Of a DNA stretch of 64,000 bases, positions 1 through 12,000 are shown piece after piece. The stretch spans positions 62,001-126,000 of the forward strand of contig JABVCE010000018.1 of assembly GCA_014905635.1 (NCBI GenBank). Direction: 5' to 3'. The notes below the pieces were generated by a model that saw only the letters and a program-made list of their open reading frames with translations, had not been told where the DNA came from and did not search any database. Made by a program: the position numbers and the translations under genes. The stretch is from Scenedesmus sp. PABB004. Lineage: Eukaryota. Position 1 is the stretch's first letter. The number at the start of each line of letters is the position of its first letter.

Positions 1-3000
1 GCGTCGCTGCTCAGCGACGCGCTGGGCGCGTTTGACGAGTCGTTCCAGCTGCACCTGCGCGGCGGCGGGCCGCCGGTCGCGCTGACCATCCGTGGCCATG
101 TGGTGGGGCCGCAGTTCTCCCTGGACGCCGCGGGGCTCGACTTTGGCGTCATGGCGTTTGGCTTCAGGCGCGGCGCGGCGCGCACGCCTCGGGGCAGCCG
201 CGCGCCGCCTGCCGGGTGTCGCGCGCCGCCCCCGCCGCGCGCCCCCGGCGCGCCGAGCGCCCTGGCGGGCGCCGCCGCCTCGCGCGGCACCGCAGGTACT
301 GCCGCGAGCTCGTGCTGACCAACACAGGCGCCATCCCGCTCGCGTTTGCGTGGCGCCTCGGCGACGAGGCCGGCCCCGGCGCGCGCGGCGACGTCGCCGT
401 GCTGCCGCCGCGCGGCACGGTGCTGCCGCACGCGTTGCAGGCCGTGCGCGTCGAGTTCACGCCGTCGTGCGTGCAGCGCTACGCGCTCGTGCTGGCCATG
501 GACATCCCTGGTGTCGGCGCGGGGGCGGCGGTGCTGCCGCTCACGGGCGAGTGCGCGGTGCCGCTCATCTGCCTGCCGCCCAGCGGGGAGCTGCTGGAGT
601 ATGGGCAGGTCTACGTGCGCCACCGTTACGAGCGCACGTTCACGCTGGTCAACGACAGCAAGCTGCCAGCCAAGTTTGAGGTGCTGCCGCAGGTGAGCCC
701 CCGAGCAGCGCGCCCGGCCGCTCCCACGCGCGCCTGTGCGCGCACGCGCTCGGCCTCGGCCGCGGGCGCGGGCGCCGCCGCACGCACACCCCGCCGCCGC
801 GCCGCCGTGTGCCGCCGCGCCGCGCAGGACCAGCAGAGCCAGGCGCTGGCTGTGTACACGGCGGCCCCCGCGGCGGCGACCATCCCCGCCAAGGGCAGCG
901 TGGCGGTGACGCTGGCGCTGGAGGCGGAGCGGCTGGGCCGGCTGCAGCTGCCCGTGTACGTGCGCGTCGCGGGCAGCCGCAACAAGCCGCTGCAGCTGGT
1001 CGCGGACGCCAGGGCGGTGGGGCCGTCGCTGGAGTTTGCGCTGCCGCCGCCTGCCGCAGCCGCGCCGCAGCAGCAGCAGGAGCAGCCCGACGCGTCGCTG
1101 GCGGGCGCGACCGCGGCGGCCGCGCCGGCGGCGGCGGCGGCGCCCGGCGACGGCTGCACCAGCGGCAGCGTCAGCGCAGGTGAGCCGACGGCGGCGGCAG
1201 CAGGCGCGGCGGATGCCAGCGGCAACGGCGCGGCGCCGCCGGCAGCGGCGGAGAGCGCTGTTGCCTCGGCCGGCAGCGGTGGGCCCGACGGCACGGCCGC
1301 GCTGCTGGCAGAGGAGAGCACCATCAGCCACGCTGCCAGCGTGGCCAGCACCAGCAGCAGAGCCAGGGGCGCTGGCAGGCGCGGGGGCCGGCCCAAGGCC
1401 AGCCGCGCGGGAGGCAAGCCGCCGGGGCCGCCGCCGCTCGAGTGGGCGGCGGGCGCGGCGATCGCGTGGGGCAAGGTCGAGGTGCTGCAGCCGCACGCGC
1501 GCGAGCTGCGGCTGCGCAACCCCACACCCGTCGATGCGCTGGTCAAGCTCTTTGTGGAGGGTCGCGACTCGGTGTTCGAGGTGCGGCCAGCGGACGAGGC
1601 GGCACGTTGTGGCGGGGCGGCGGCGCCGGTGCAGCCGCGCCAGCTCATGCCGCGCGCTGCCGGCGCAGGTGGAGCCGCGCGAGGTGGTGGTGCCGGCGAG
1701 CGGCGAGGCGTCTGTGGTCGTCAGCGTGCTGCTGGACGACACGGCCACGTTCCGGGACGTGCTGCACGCGCTGGTGGCGGAGGGCGCGGACGTCAACATC
1801 CCGCTGGAGGCGACAGGCGAGCGCCGGCGCGCACCGCTGCGGGCAGGGCTCACCAGCAGCGGCAGCTGCGCGGCGCGCTGAGCCCTGGGCTCGGCGTGCT
1901 GCCCGCCGCCGCCGCAGGGATCGGCAGCACGCTGGTGTCGGAGGTGCTGTCCCGCCCCGCGTTGGACTTTGGCGCGCAGTTTGTGGGCCGCCCGTGGCAG
2001 CTCCAGGTGGAGGTGGCCAACCGCGGCCGCAAGGCCGCGGCGCTCACGTGGAGCAACGCCAAGCTTGCGGAGCTGGCCAAGGCGTTCGGCAAGACCGCCA
2101 AGGCGTCGGGTGAGCGCCAGCGGCACACGCGCGCACCGCCGCATCTGGGCCCGCCGCCGTTGACGTCTGGAGCCGAGCAGTCGCGCCCGCCACGCCGCGC
2201 GTGCAGGCAAGAAGGTTGACGTCGCCGAGCTGCCGCCAGAGCAGCAGCCGGTGTTCACTATCACGCCCGACAAGCTGCTGCTGGGGCCAAAGGAGGCGGC
2301 CGCGTTTGTCATCGCCGGCCTCAGCCACAGGCCAGGTGCGGGGCCGTCAGGGGCGCGGCGTGGCGTGGCTGCAGTGGCAGCTGCGGCAGCACCAGCGAGC
2401 GTCGTGCGGCAAACAGTGCGCCTCACCAGCTGGCCGTCGCTGTCATTACGCTGCGCTCACTCCCAGGTGTCATCAGCGAGCAGCTGCAGTGCCAGCACGC
2501 CGCGAGCGGCGCGGCGCCAGCCGGCGCCAGCGCCAAGCCACGGCCCGTGTTCGACGTCGCGCTCAGCGCGGACGTCGCGACGCCGCTGCTGGAGCTGTCG
2601 CAGCGCTCGGTGGAGTTCACGTACGTCCACGCACGGGGCGTGACGCCGCAGCCCATGTCCGAGGCGCTGCAAGCGCGGTGAGCCGCGGCGCGGCGCGCCC
2701 AGCAGGCCGCTCGCTGCCCGCTGCCCGCGGCGCGCATCGCCCCCACGCCCCGCCTGCGCCTCGCAGCAACGTGTCCAAGCTGCCGCTCTCGTTCACGCTC
2801 AAGGCGGCGAGACCGTTCAGCGTCGAGCCAGCAGCGCTGTGCCTCGCGCCGGGCGAGGCCGCGGCGCTGGTCGTGGGCTTTGACCCCGACTTTCGGCGCG
2901 ACCACGCCAGCGCGACGCTGCGGCAGCGCGTCGCGATCGCGTACGCAGACAGCCCGCAGAAGGACTGGCTCGAGGTGTCGGGCGTCATTGAGTTCCCCAA

Positions 3001-6000
3001 CCTCGTGTTTGAGGCCACCGCCGTCGACTTTGGCTGCGTGCTGCTCGACAGCATGCGCCGCGTGAGCGTCGCGGTGTCCAACCCCGGCCGCGTGCCCGCG
3101 GAGTTTTCCTGGAGCTGGGCCTCCAGCGACGCGGGCGCCAGCGGCGCCAGCGGGGGCAGCGGCGGCGGCGCCGAGGGCGACGCGCCCCGCCGGCGCCGCG
3201 CGCGCCGACCGCGCGCAGCCCGCGGCAGCCGGCGCCGAGCCAGCTCTTTGACATCCTGCCCATCGCGGGCGTGCTCGGCCCGGGGCAGCGCGAGGCGTTT
3301 GAGTTTTCGTTCCACGCCTTCCCCGGCGCCAAGGCCAGCGCGGTCGCGGTGTGCGCGGTCGTGGACGGCCCCACGTACCAGGTCCAGCTGTGCGGCGAGT
3401 CCAACAGCATCAAGTTTGACGTCTCGCCGCAGTTCTTCGACTGCGGCCTGCAGCCCTACGACCGCGCCGCCGAGCGCGACCTCACGGTGGTCAACGCCGG
3501 CAAGGTGCCGTTTGACTTTTCGATCGACCTCACCCGCCTCAGCCGCCCCGGCGTGGTGGAGGCGAGCCCGCCCGCGGGCCGCGTGGCGGCGGGCGAGAGG
3601 GCGCGCGTCAAGCTCAAGGTGGGCCGATGGACGGCCGCCGCGCCGCGCGCAGCGGGCGGCGGCCGGCCTGTGCCGGCGCCGCGCTCACGCGTGCGCACGC
3701 GCGTGCCTCCCCCCGTCGCCCGCCGCCGCAGGTCAAGGCGGGCGTGCCGGCGCGGCTGATGGAGCTGGTGCTGGTGTCGGTTGCGCACTTTGAGCCGGTG
3801 CAGGTGCAGGTGGTGGTCGAGGGCACCTACCCAGCGCTCGCCCTCAATCTGCCGCGCATCAAGGACGCCGCCTTTGCCGCGGCGCTCGAGGAGGCGGCGG
3901 CAGGGTGCGGCGCGGCGCGGGGCCGGGGCCGGCGCGGCGCGGGGCCGGGGCTGGCGCGGCCGCGCCCACCGCCTGCCTGGCTGCGCGGGGCTGATGGCAG
4001 GGGGCGTTGACCCCCCTCCCCGCACCCCCGCCGCCGCGGCGCAGCGCGGAGGACCAGGGCCTGGCGGCCACGCTCGCCATCACGCTGGAGCCGGCCACCT
4101 GCGGCCCCGCGCTGGCGGAAGCGGGCAGCTTCCGGGGCGCAAGCCGCCTGGGCAGCGCGGCCGCCGGCGGGCGCGCCAGCCTGGTGGGCGTCCCGCGCGG
4201 CGCCGCCGGGCCGGGCAGTGTCGCGGGGCAGAGCATTGCGAGCGCCGCGCTCACGGTGGGCGGGCGGCCAGGCAGCGGCGCCAAGAGCCACATCAGCGCT
4301 GCCTCGGGCGCCACGGGCAGGAGCCGGGCGAGCGCCGCGACCGCGGCGTCCATGGGGGCGATGCTGGCCAAGGACAAGCTCGCCCAGGTGGGCCGCGGAC
4401 GGCACGCGGGCCAGGCGCTGGACATTGGGCGCAGCGCGCGCCCCGTCGCTGACCGCGCGCGCCGGCCGCCCTGTCGCAGCTTCAAGCCTCGCTGCCGCGC
4501 GAGAAGCAGCTGGAGAATGAGGCCGAGCGCCTGCGCCTGGTGCACCAGCTCCTCGCGCGCGGCGCCGCCGACGCCGCAGCGCCGCTCGGCGCCGCGCCTC
4601 GCCGCGCGAGCGGCCGCAGCAGCGCGTCCAGCGCGCGCGCGTCGCTCGCCGCCCAGGCCCCGCCCGCTGCGACGGCCGAGGGCGAGGCGGTGGCCGCCGC
4701 CGCTGAAGCCGGCGGGAGCGGCGCGGCGGCTGTGGCGGCCGCGGCCTCGGGCGGCGTCCCGCGCCGCGCACCGGTGGCGCCCAAGCTGCCGGCCCTGGTG
4801 TCGGGGCACTACCTGCTCGACTTTGGCAGCGTGGCCAAGGGCGTGAACAAGAGCAGGAAGGTCAAGCTCACCAACATGAGCCCGCAGCTGGTGCGCCGCG
4901 CGCGTAGGGGCACGCGCGCAACGCCGGGACGCGCTGCCCGCGCCCGTGCCGGCCGCACCGGCGGCCCCTCACCGCGCCCCGCCCCGCTCGAATCTAGGTG
5001 TCGCTGGTGGTGGACAAGCAGACGCTGGAGGCGTGGGGCTTTGGCATGGTGCCAGAGGCCGCCGTCAAGCTCGCGGGCGCGCCGGACTGCCAGTCCTGCG
5101 AGGTCACGTTCACAGTGATGGCGGCCAAGGCCTGGGTGCCGGCGGGGCCGCTCGAGCTCACGCTGCCGCTCGCGCCCAAGGGCGGGCCCGCGGTGCTGCT
5201 CACGCTGCGCGCGCTGGTGGTGGTGCCCGAGGTCGTGCCCAGCGAGGCGGAGCTCAGCTTTGGCACGGTCGGCACGGGCCACTGCATGGTGTGCGCGGTG
5301 CTGCAAGTCCGCGCGCCCCGCGTGCCGCCGCCCGCCCGCCGTCCGCCCAGCTCGCCCGCTCCGCCGCCGGCGCCGCGCAGGTGTACACGGTGCAGCTGCA
5401 CAACCCCTGCGAGGTGCCGGCCGAGTGGTGCGTCAAGCGGCCCGCCGTGGACAGCCCCAAGCTGCGCGACTGGGAGTTCTTTGCCGTGGAGCCCGCCGAG
5501 GGCGTGCTGGCGCCGGGCGGGCGCGCCAACGTGCGCGTCACCTTCACGCCCGCGCCGGGTCGGGACACGGCATACGCGCTCGAGCTGCCCGTCCGCGTGG
5601 CCAACAACCCGCGCGCCGTCGAGCTCGCCTGCGCGGGGCGGGGCGCCGCGCCGCGCGTGGAGTTTGCGCCGCGCGCCGTCGACTGCGGGCCCGTGCTGCC
5701 GCGCTTCCCGGGGCAGCGCCCAGCCGAGGCGCTCGTGACGCTCACCAACGTCGGCGAGCGCGCGGTGGAGGTGGTCTGCCTCGACCTGGACCCCCGCCAC
5801 CTGGCGGAGGAGGAGGCGCTGCGCTCGCTCGACATGTGCGTACGCGCGCGCGTGCCGGGCGGGCGCGGGCTTGGGCGGCTGAGCCGCGCGCGCTCACCCC
5901 GCGCCGCCGCTGCCGTGCCGCGCAGCTACAACGAGGCCGGGGTCGCGCTGCTGCGCCCGCTGGCGCCCGGAGAGCCGACCTGGCCGGAGCTGCTGGAGCA

Positions 6001-9000
6001 GGCGGCGCAGCGCAAGCGGGTGGAGGACGACGCGGCATCCGTGGCGCAGGCGGCAATTGCGGCGGCGCAGCAGGTGCGACGCTGCGGCAGGCCCCTGATA
6101 ACATCAGCGCGCGTGGCTCCCGGGATGGGGGTGCTGAGTCTGTCGCCGCTGCGCGCAGGCCCTGGCCGCCGCACAGGCTGGAGTGGCGCGCGCCGCGCAG
6201 CCTGACGGCGTCCGGGGCCCCGAGCCAGCAGCGGCAGCAGCTGCAGGAGCAGCCGCAGCGACGCAGCAGGAGGAGGGCGTGGGCGAGCTGGTGGTCGATG
6301 CCGGCGCCACGGCAGCGGGCGCGGCGGAGCTGCCGCCGCGACGCTTTGTGGCGCTCCTGCACGGCGCGCCGCTAGCGGACACCACGGCCCAGGCGGCGCT
6401 GCTCTGCAGCCGGTACAACGTGCCCTGCGCGACGCTGGACGGCCTGCTGCAGGTGGTTGGCCCTGCAGCGGCGGCGCGGCGCCACCCGCCGGACGCACCT
6501 GGCTTGCTCACGCGGCGCGCGCGCTGCCCCGCATCTGCAGGAGGCCGCCGCGCTGGCGGCGGCAGACCATGCCACGGTCGGCGGCGACGGCGCCAGCCCT
6601 GCAGCGTCGCCAGCGGACGAGGAGCTGCAGGATCATCTGGACAGGCTGCTGGCGGGGGAGACGCAGCTGGCCGCGGCGGCCAAGGCGGGCGTCGCGGGCA
6701 TGGCGCAGAGGCCGGCAGGTCTGCTCTCCGTGGCCGAGGCACACGGTGTGGCTGTGAAGGCGCTCAAGCTCGCGCTCGCGCAGCAGCAGTATGAGGGGGG
6801 CCTGGTGCTGGAGGGCCTCGCCAGCCGGCACCTGCCGCACGCGGCCCTGGCTGCGCGGTGCCTGCTGCAGGCGCTGGGCCTGCGCAACAGGGGGCTGGAG
6901 CCCCCGCCGGAGCCGGCGGCCGACGCGCCCGCGCCCAGCGCGCGCGCCTCGGCCGGTGGCGCGGCGCCAGGCGGCAGGGCGGCCAGGCCGCCCGGCACGC
7001 CGCCAGGGCACAAGGGCTCCTCCCGGCCCGGCACCGCCAGCCGTGGCGCCAAGGCGCTGGCGCCCGTGCCAGAGATGCCGCCGCCCGTGCTGGACCTGAG
7101 CAAGCCGGACGTCTGGGAGGGCGCGCAGCAGGTGGGCCGCCCGCGGCGGCACGCGGCGCGCTGCCCGCTGTGCGCGCGCGGCACGCACGACGCGTCCCTG
7201 CGTGCGCGCGCGCGCTGCGCCCGCCCCTGCAGGTGTTTGCAGTGGAGCTGCGGCTGGGCAAGGACGAGGCGGCGCGGCGCTGGGCGGCCGGCGTGGCCGC
7301 GAGTGCGGCCGGGCTCGAGGCGCCCGGCATCATCGACCGAGCGGGCTCACAGCAGGTGGTGGAGGCCAGCTCCCTGGACGACGAGCAGCAGCAGGCACTG
7401 GAGCAGGTGCCGGCTGCACCAGCCGCGCGGCTGGAAGACGCCGGCTTTGAATCGAGCTGGGCGGCGTTTGAGCAGGCGGCCGCCGCGCTGGGCTTGGTGC
7501 TCGGACGGCTGCCCGCTGGCAAGCCCATCAGCCACAGAGCGGTGAGCGGCAGGCCAAGAGTTTCTGGCGCAACCCTCGGTCGCCTGCCAGGAGCGCGGCC
7601 GCGCCTGGCCACACGTCCCTCACCACCGCCCGCCGGCCGGCCGGCGCGCCCGCAGGTTGCGGCCAAGTCAGCAGACCAGGAGCAGCTCGCACGGCAGGTG
7701 GTGGGCATCAGCTTTGAGTGCGGCGCCGTGGCGAGCGTGCTGCCGGCGGTGCCCGCGGACGCGCTGCTGGTGCCGCCGCCGTACGAGCTGCGGCTGCTGT
7801 CGCAGCCGCCGCGGCCCGCCAGGCGGCCGCCGCTGACCCACTTCAAGGTCTGGACGCTGCCGCTGCCCGAGGCGACCCCGCCCGACGGCGGTGCCGCTGC
7901 CACGCCGCCGCCCGCCGAGTCGCCGGCGGCGGGGCAGGAGGCGGCCGGCAGCCGGCCCCTCTCGTCGGCGTCGGGCCAGGGCAAGGCGGTGCCCGCCGAC
8001 GCGGGCGCCACCAGCCCGCGCGTCGGTAAGCCCGCCCCGCGCGGCAAGGCGGCCGCAGCGGTGGCACCGCCGCCGCCCCCGACCGTGGAGGAGGAGGCCG
8101 CCAAGTGAGGCCGGCGCTGCGCTCCCGGCGGCCGCGAGCAGCCGCGCCGCCGCCGCGCGCTGACGGCCAGCCGCGCCGCCGCCGCGCGCTGACGGCCAGC
8201 CGCGCCGCCGCCGCCGCCGGCGCCGCTGTCGCGCAGGCGCGGCCTGCTCGAGGGCGGGCGCTGGGTCATCCCGCCCCGCGGCGTCGTCACGCTGCTGGTG
8301 CAGTTTGCCAGCGACGCGGTGGGGCGGTTCAGCGAGGTCCTGACCTTTGACGTGCTCTGCGGCGAGCGCCACCACAAGGTCGCGCTCACGGGCGCCTGCG
8401 ACTACCCGCGCATCGCCACCAACGCCAGGTGCGGGCCGCCTAACCCCTGGCCCCCAGGGCGGCAGGGTTTGCAGAGATGGGGCGGGCCCGGGCGGCGGCG
8501 CGCGCGCGTGGAGCATGCTGCGCCGCAGCCGCGCCGCTTGGCCTGAGCCCGCCGCCGCCGCCGCGCGCCCGCCCCGGCGCGGCAGGAACATGTACTACAA
8601 GCTCGCCAAGGCGCGGCCGGCGACGCCGTCTGTGCGGCAGCAGTTCGTGGTGCCGAGCGGCACGTTTGAGTTCGGACCCGTGCTCGCGGGGCGCAACCGC
8701 GCCGTCGGCGGAGCCGCCGCGCACGTCGGCGGGCACGCCGAGCACACGGCGCGCTTCCGCATCACCAACAGCGGCCTCTTCCCGCTGCACGCCGACTTCT
8801 GGCTCAAGTCGGAGGGCCCAGGCGCCGACCCGGCCGCGGGGGCGGGCCTCGCTGGCGGGGAGGCGAGGAAGCGCGCCCCGGGTGCGCGCGCGGCGCGCAC
8901 CGCGCCGCCGGCCGTCAGGACCCTCGCGCGCGACTGCGCGCCGGCCCCGCCAACCGTTGCTTGCGCCCTGCGCGCGCCCCGCAGCCGCCGCGCCCGGGGA

Positions 9001-12000
9001 CAAGCGGCCCGGGGGCCGGGCCGGCGGCGCGCCGACGTTCCTGCTGCAGCCGCCGTGCATGGACCTGGGCATCGACGAGACCCAGGACCTCACCGTGTAC
9101 GCCTTCCCGGGTGCCGAGGGCACGTTTGAGGACGCCGTTATGTGCAGGTGCGCGGCATTGTTGGGCCTGCGGGACGGCGTCCTGGTCAGCGCACCCCAGC
9201 TGCGCGAGCGCGTGCGCCGCTCGTCGACCCCCGAGCGGCCCGCCGCCCGGCCGCGTCGCGCCACCAGGCTGCGCGACAACCCCACGCCGCTGGAGTTCCC
9301 CATCAGCGTCATCGGCGCGCGGCCGGCGGTGGTGGTCAAGCTCGACGCGCCGCCCGCCGCGGCGCCGGCCGGCGCCGACAAGCAGCGCCGCGTCTCGGAC
9401 GCGGGCGCGGCCAAGGGCGGCGCCGGCACCCGGACGAGCCTCAAGGCCGGCGGCAAGGCGGCGCCGGAGCTGACGATCCAGTTTGACCGCCTCCTGCTGC
9501 GCAAGCGCGATGCGCAGTGCTTCACGCTCGGCAACACGAGCGTGCTGCCGCTCAAGTGGCGGCTCGCGGGCGTGGACACGCTGCCGCCCGAGTTCACCGT
9601 CACGCCCCACGCCGGCGAGCTGCCCGCGCGCAGCGACGTGCGCGTGTGCGTGGCGTTCGCCGCCATCAAGAAGGCCGACCTCTCGGAGCTCGTCACGCTC
9701 GAGGTGCGGGCTGGCCGGTGCGAGCACACGGAGGGAGCAGGGGGCTGGCTGCCAGGGCCCTGGCGAGAGCCGGCCGCCGCAGCACGCGGGGCGGCGCCGT
9801 GTCCATGGCCGCCCGCGCCGCGCAGGTGCTGGACGTGGGCGAGGCGCTGGGCGTGCTGCGCGCGCTGCCGATCGCCATCCGCGGCGAGGCGCACGACCTG
9901 CACGTCGACGTGCGCTTCCCCGGCGAGGCGGGGCTCGCGGGCGTGGACTTTGGCACGCTGCGCGTGCGCGACGCCGCAACGCGCACGCTTGTGCTGCGCA
10001 ACACCGAAAAGTACGAGGCGCGGTTCGAGTTTGCGGTGCGCAGCGAGCGCGTCGCGCAGCTGGTGGCCATCGCGCCGACCGCGGGCGTGCTGCCGCCGGG
10101 CAAGGACGTGCCCGTCACGGTGAGCCGTGCGGCGGCGATGGGGCGGCGGCGGGCCGGCAGGCTCTGCACGCGCACACGCCCGCGCACGCGCCCGCGCCGG
10201 CGCCGCGCGCCCGGGCTCTGCTCACGCCCCCGCCTCGCCTAACCGCCGCCGCCGCCACCGCCGCAGCTGAGCTGGAACAAGGACCTCACGCTGCGCAGCG
10301 AGGTCTCCTTTGCGGGCAACACCGACATCGTGCTCTCACTCATCGAGCCCAGCACCGACGCGCGCGAGCAGAGCGTGGCGCTCAAGCTCAGCGCGGCCGC
10401 GCAGTTCAGCCGCTACTCGGTCACGCCCGCGCGCGGCCTGCACTTTGGGCCCGCGACCTGCGGCACACTCGCCAAGCCGCGCGTCTTTGAGGTGGTCAAC
10501 CACGGCGCCTTCCCCTTCAGCCTGCGCCTCTTTGACATGGCCTCCGGAGGCGCGGACAGGGCCGTCGCCGCGGACGACGCTGCGGCCAGGGCGGCAGCGG
10601 CCGCGGGCGCCGGCAAAGCAGGTGCGGCGCGGCGCGGCGCGGGGGCTGGCTGCGCGGCGCGGCGCACCCGCAGCAGCGCGCCCCGGCGGCAGACCCCGCC
10701 GCCGCGCGCCCGCAGGGCGCAAGCCCGCGCCGGCGCTGCCCGCGCCGCCGCCGGCGCCGCCGTCGGCGGCGCCGCCCAGCGCGCTGCAGCTCGGCCAGTT
10801 TGTGCTGGAGCCCGCGGAGGCGGTCGTCGCGCCCGGCTGCCAGCAGGAGGTCGCGGTGGTCTTCCGCGCCGAGGGCAACGCCGTGTGGAGCGCGGTCGCG
10901 GGGCTGGACATCAGCGACCGCGACGCCGCGGACCACCCGGGCGGCATTCCCTACGAGCTCGGCGGGGAGAGCTGCATCCCGGGTGCGCCCCCGCGCGTCA
11001 CGCGCGGCGCGCCGCGCGCGGTGGGCTGCGGTGCGCTCGCGCTCAGCCCCCTGCCCCCGCGCCGCGCGCGCCGCGCCCCAGGCATCGACGCGGCCAACGT
11101 GGGCTCGATCTTTGAGGAGCACACCGTCGTGGCGCAGCTGGACCCTTTCAAGCCCCTGGCCTGCAGCTTTGGCCTGCGCGAGCGCGTGTTCAACTTTGGC
11201 ACCGTCGTCGCGCAGCTTGCCGAGGCCGCGGACGCCGGCCAGGCGGCGAGCGGCGGCGGCGGCGGCGCCGCCGCCGCCAAGGCCGGCGCGGCGGCCGCCA
11301 AGGCGGGCGGCGCCCCCCGCGGCGCGGCGGCGCGCGTGAGCATCACCGCGGCGGCGCGCCCCGGGTCGGCGGGCGGCGCGGGCGCCCCGCCCGGCGGCGG
11401 CGGCGCGCTGCAGCCTCAGGGCAGCCTGCTGGACGAGCCCGGCGCGGTGCGGGCCAACCTGAAGTTCATCAACCCCTTCAAGGTCCCCTGCACCCTGGCC
11501 TTTAGCATCAAGCCGCGCGGCGGCGCCGCGCCGGGTGTGTGTGCGTGTGTTTGTGCGCGCCGCGCCGCTGACCGCGCAGGCCGCGCGCGCGCGCGCGCGC
11601 CGCCGCGCCGACGCCGCGCGCCGCGCGCCGCGCCGCGGCGCCGCCAGGCGTGCGGTTCCCCATGGAGGTGTCGCCCGCGAGCATCGTCATCCCGCCCCAC
11701 GAGTACCGCCACGTTGCGCTCGCGTTCTGCCCCCGCGCAATCCAGCAGTACAGCGCCACCTTTGAGGCCGCCGTCGCCGGCGGCACCGACCCCGCGACCG
11801 GGGCCTTCACCTGCGAGCTGCGCGGCGAGGGCACGCTGCCGAGCCTGAGCTTCCAGGAGCCCGCCGCCGTGGACGGCGCGGGCCGGCCGTGGCTCAAGTT
11901 TGGGCGCCTGCTGGCGGGGCGGTCGGCGCGCGCGCTGCTGAACGTGCGCAACAACGGCCACCTCCCGGCGTCGGCACGGCTGGAGATGGAGCCGCACCCT

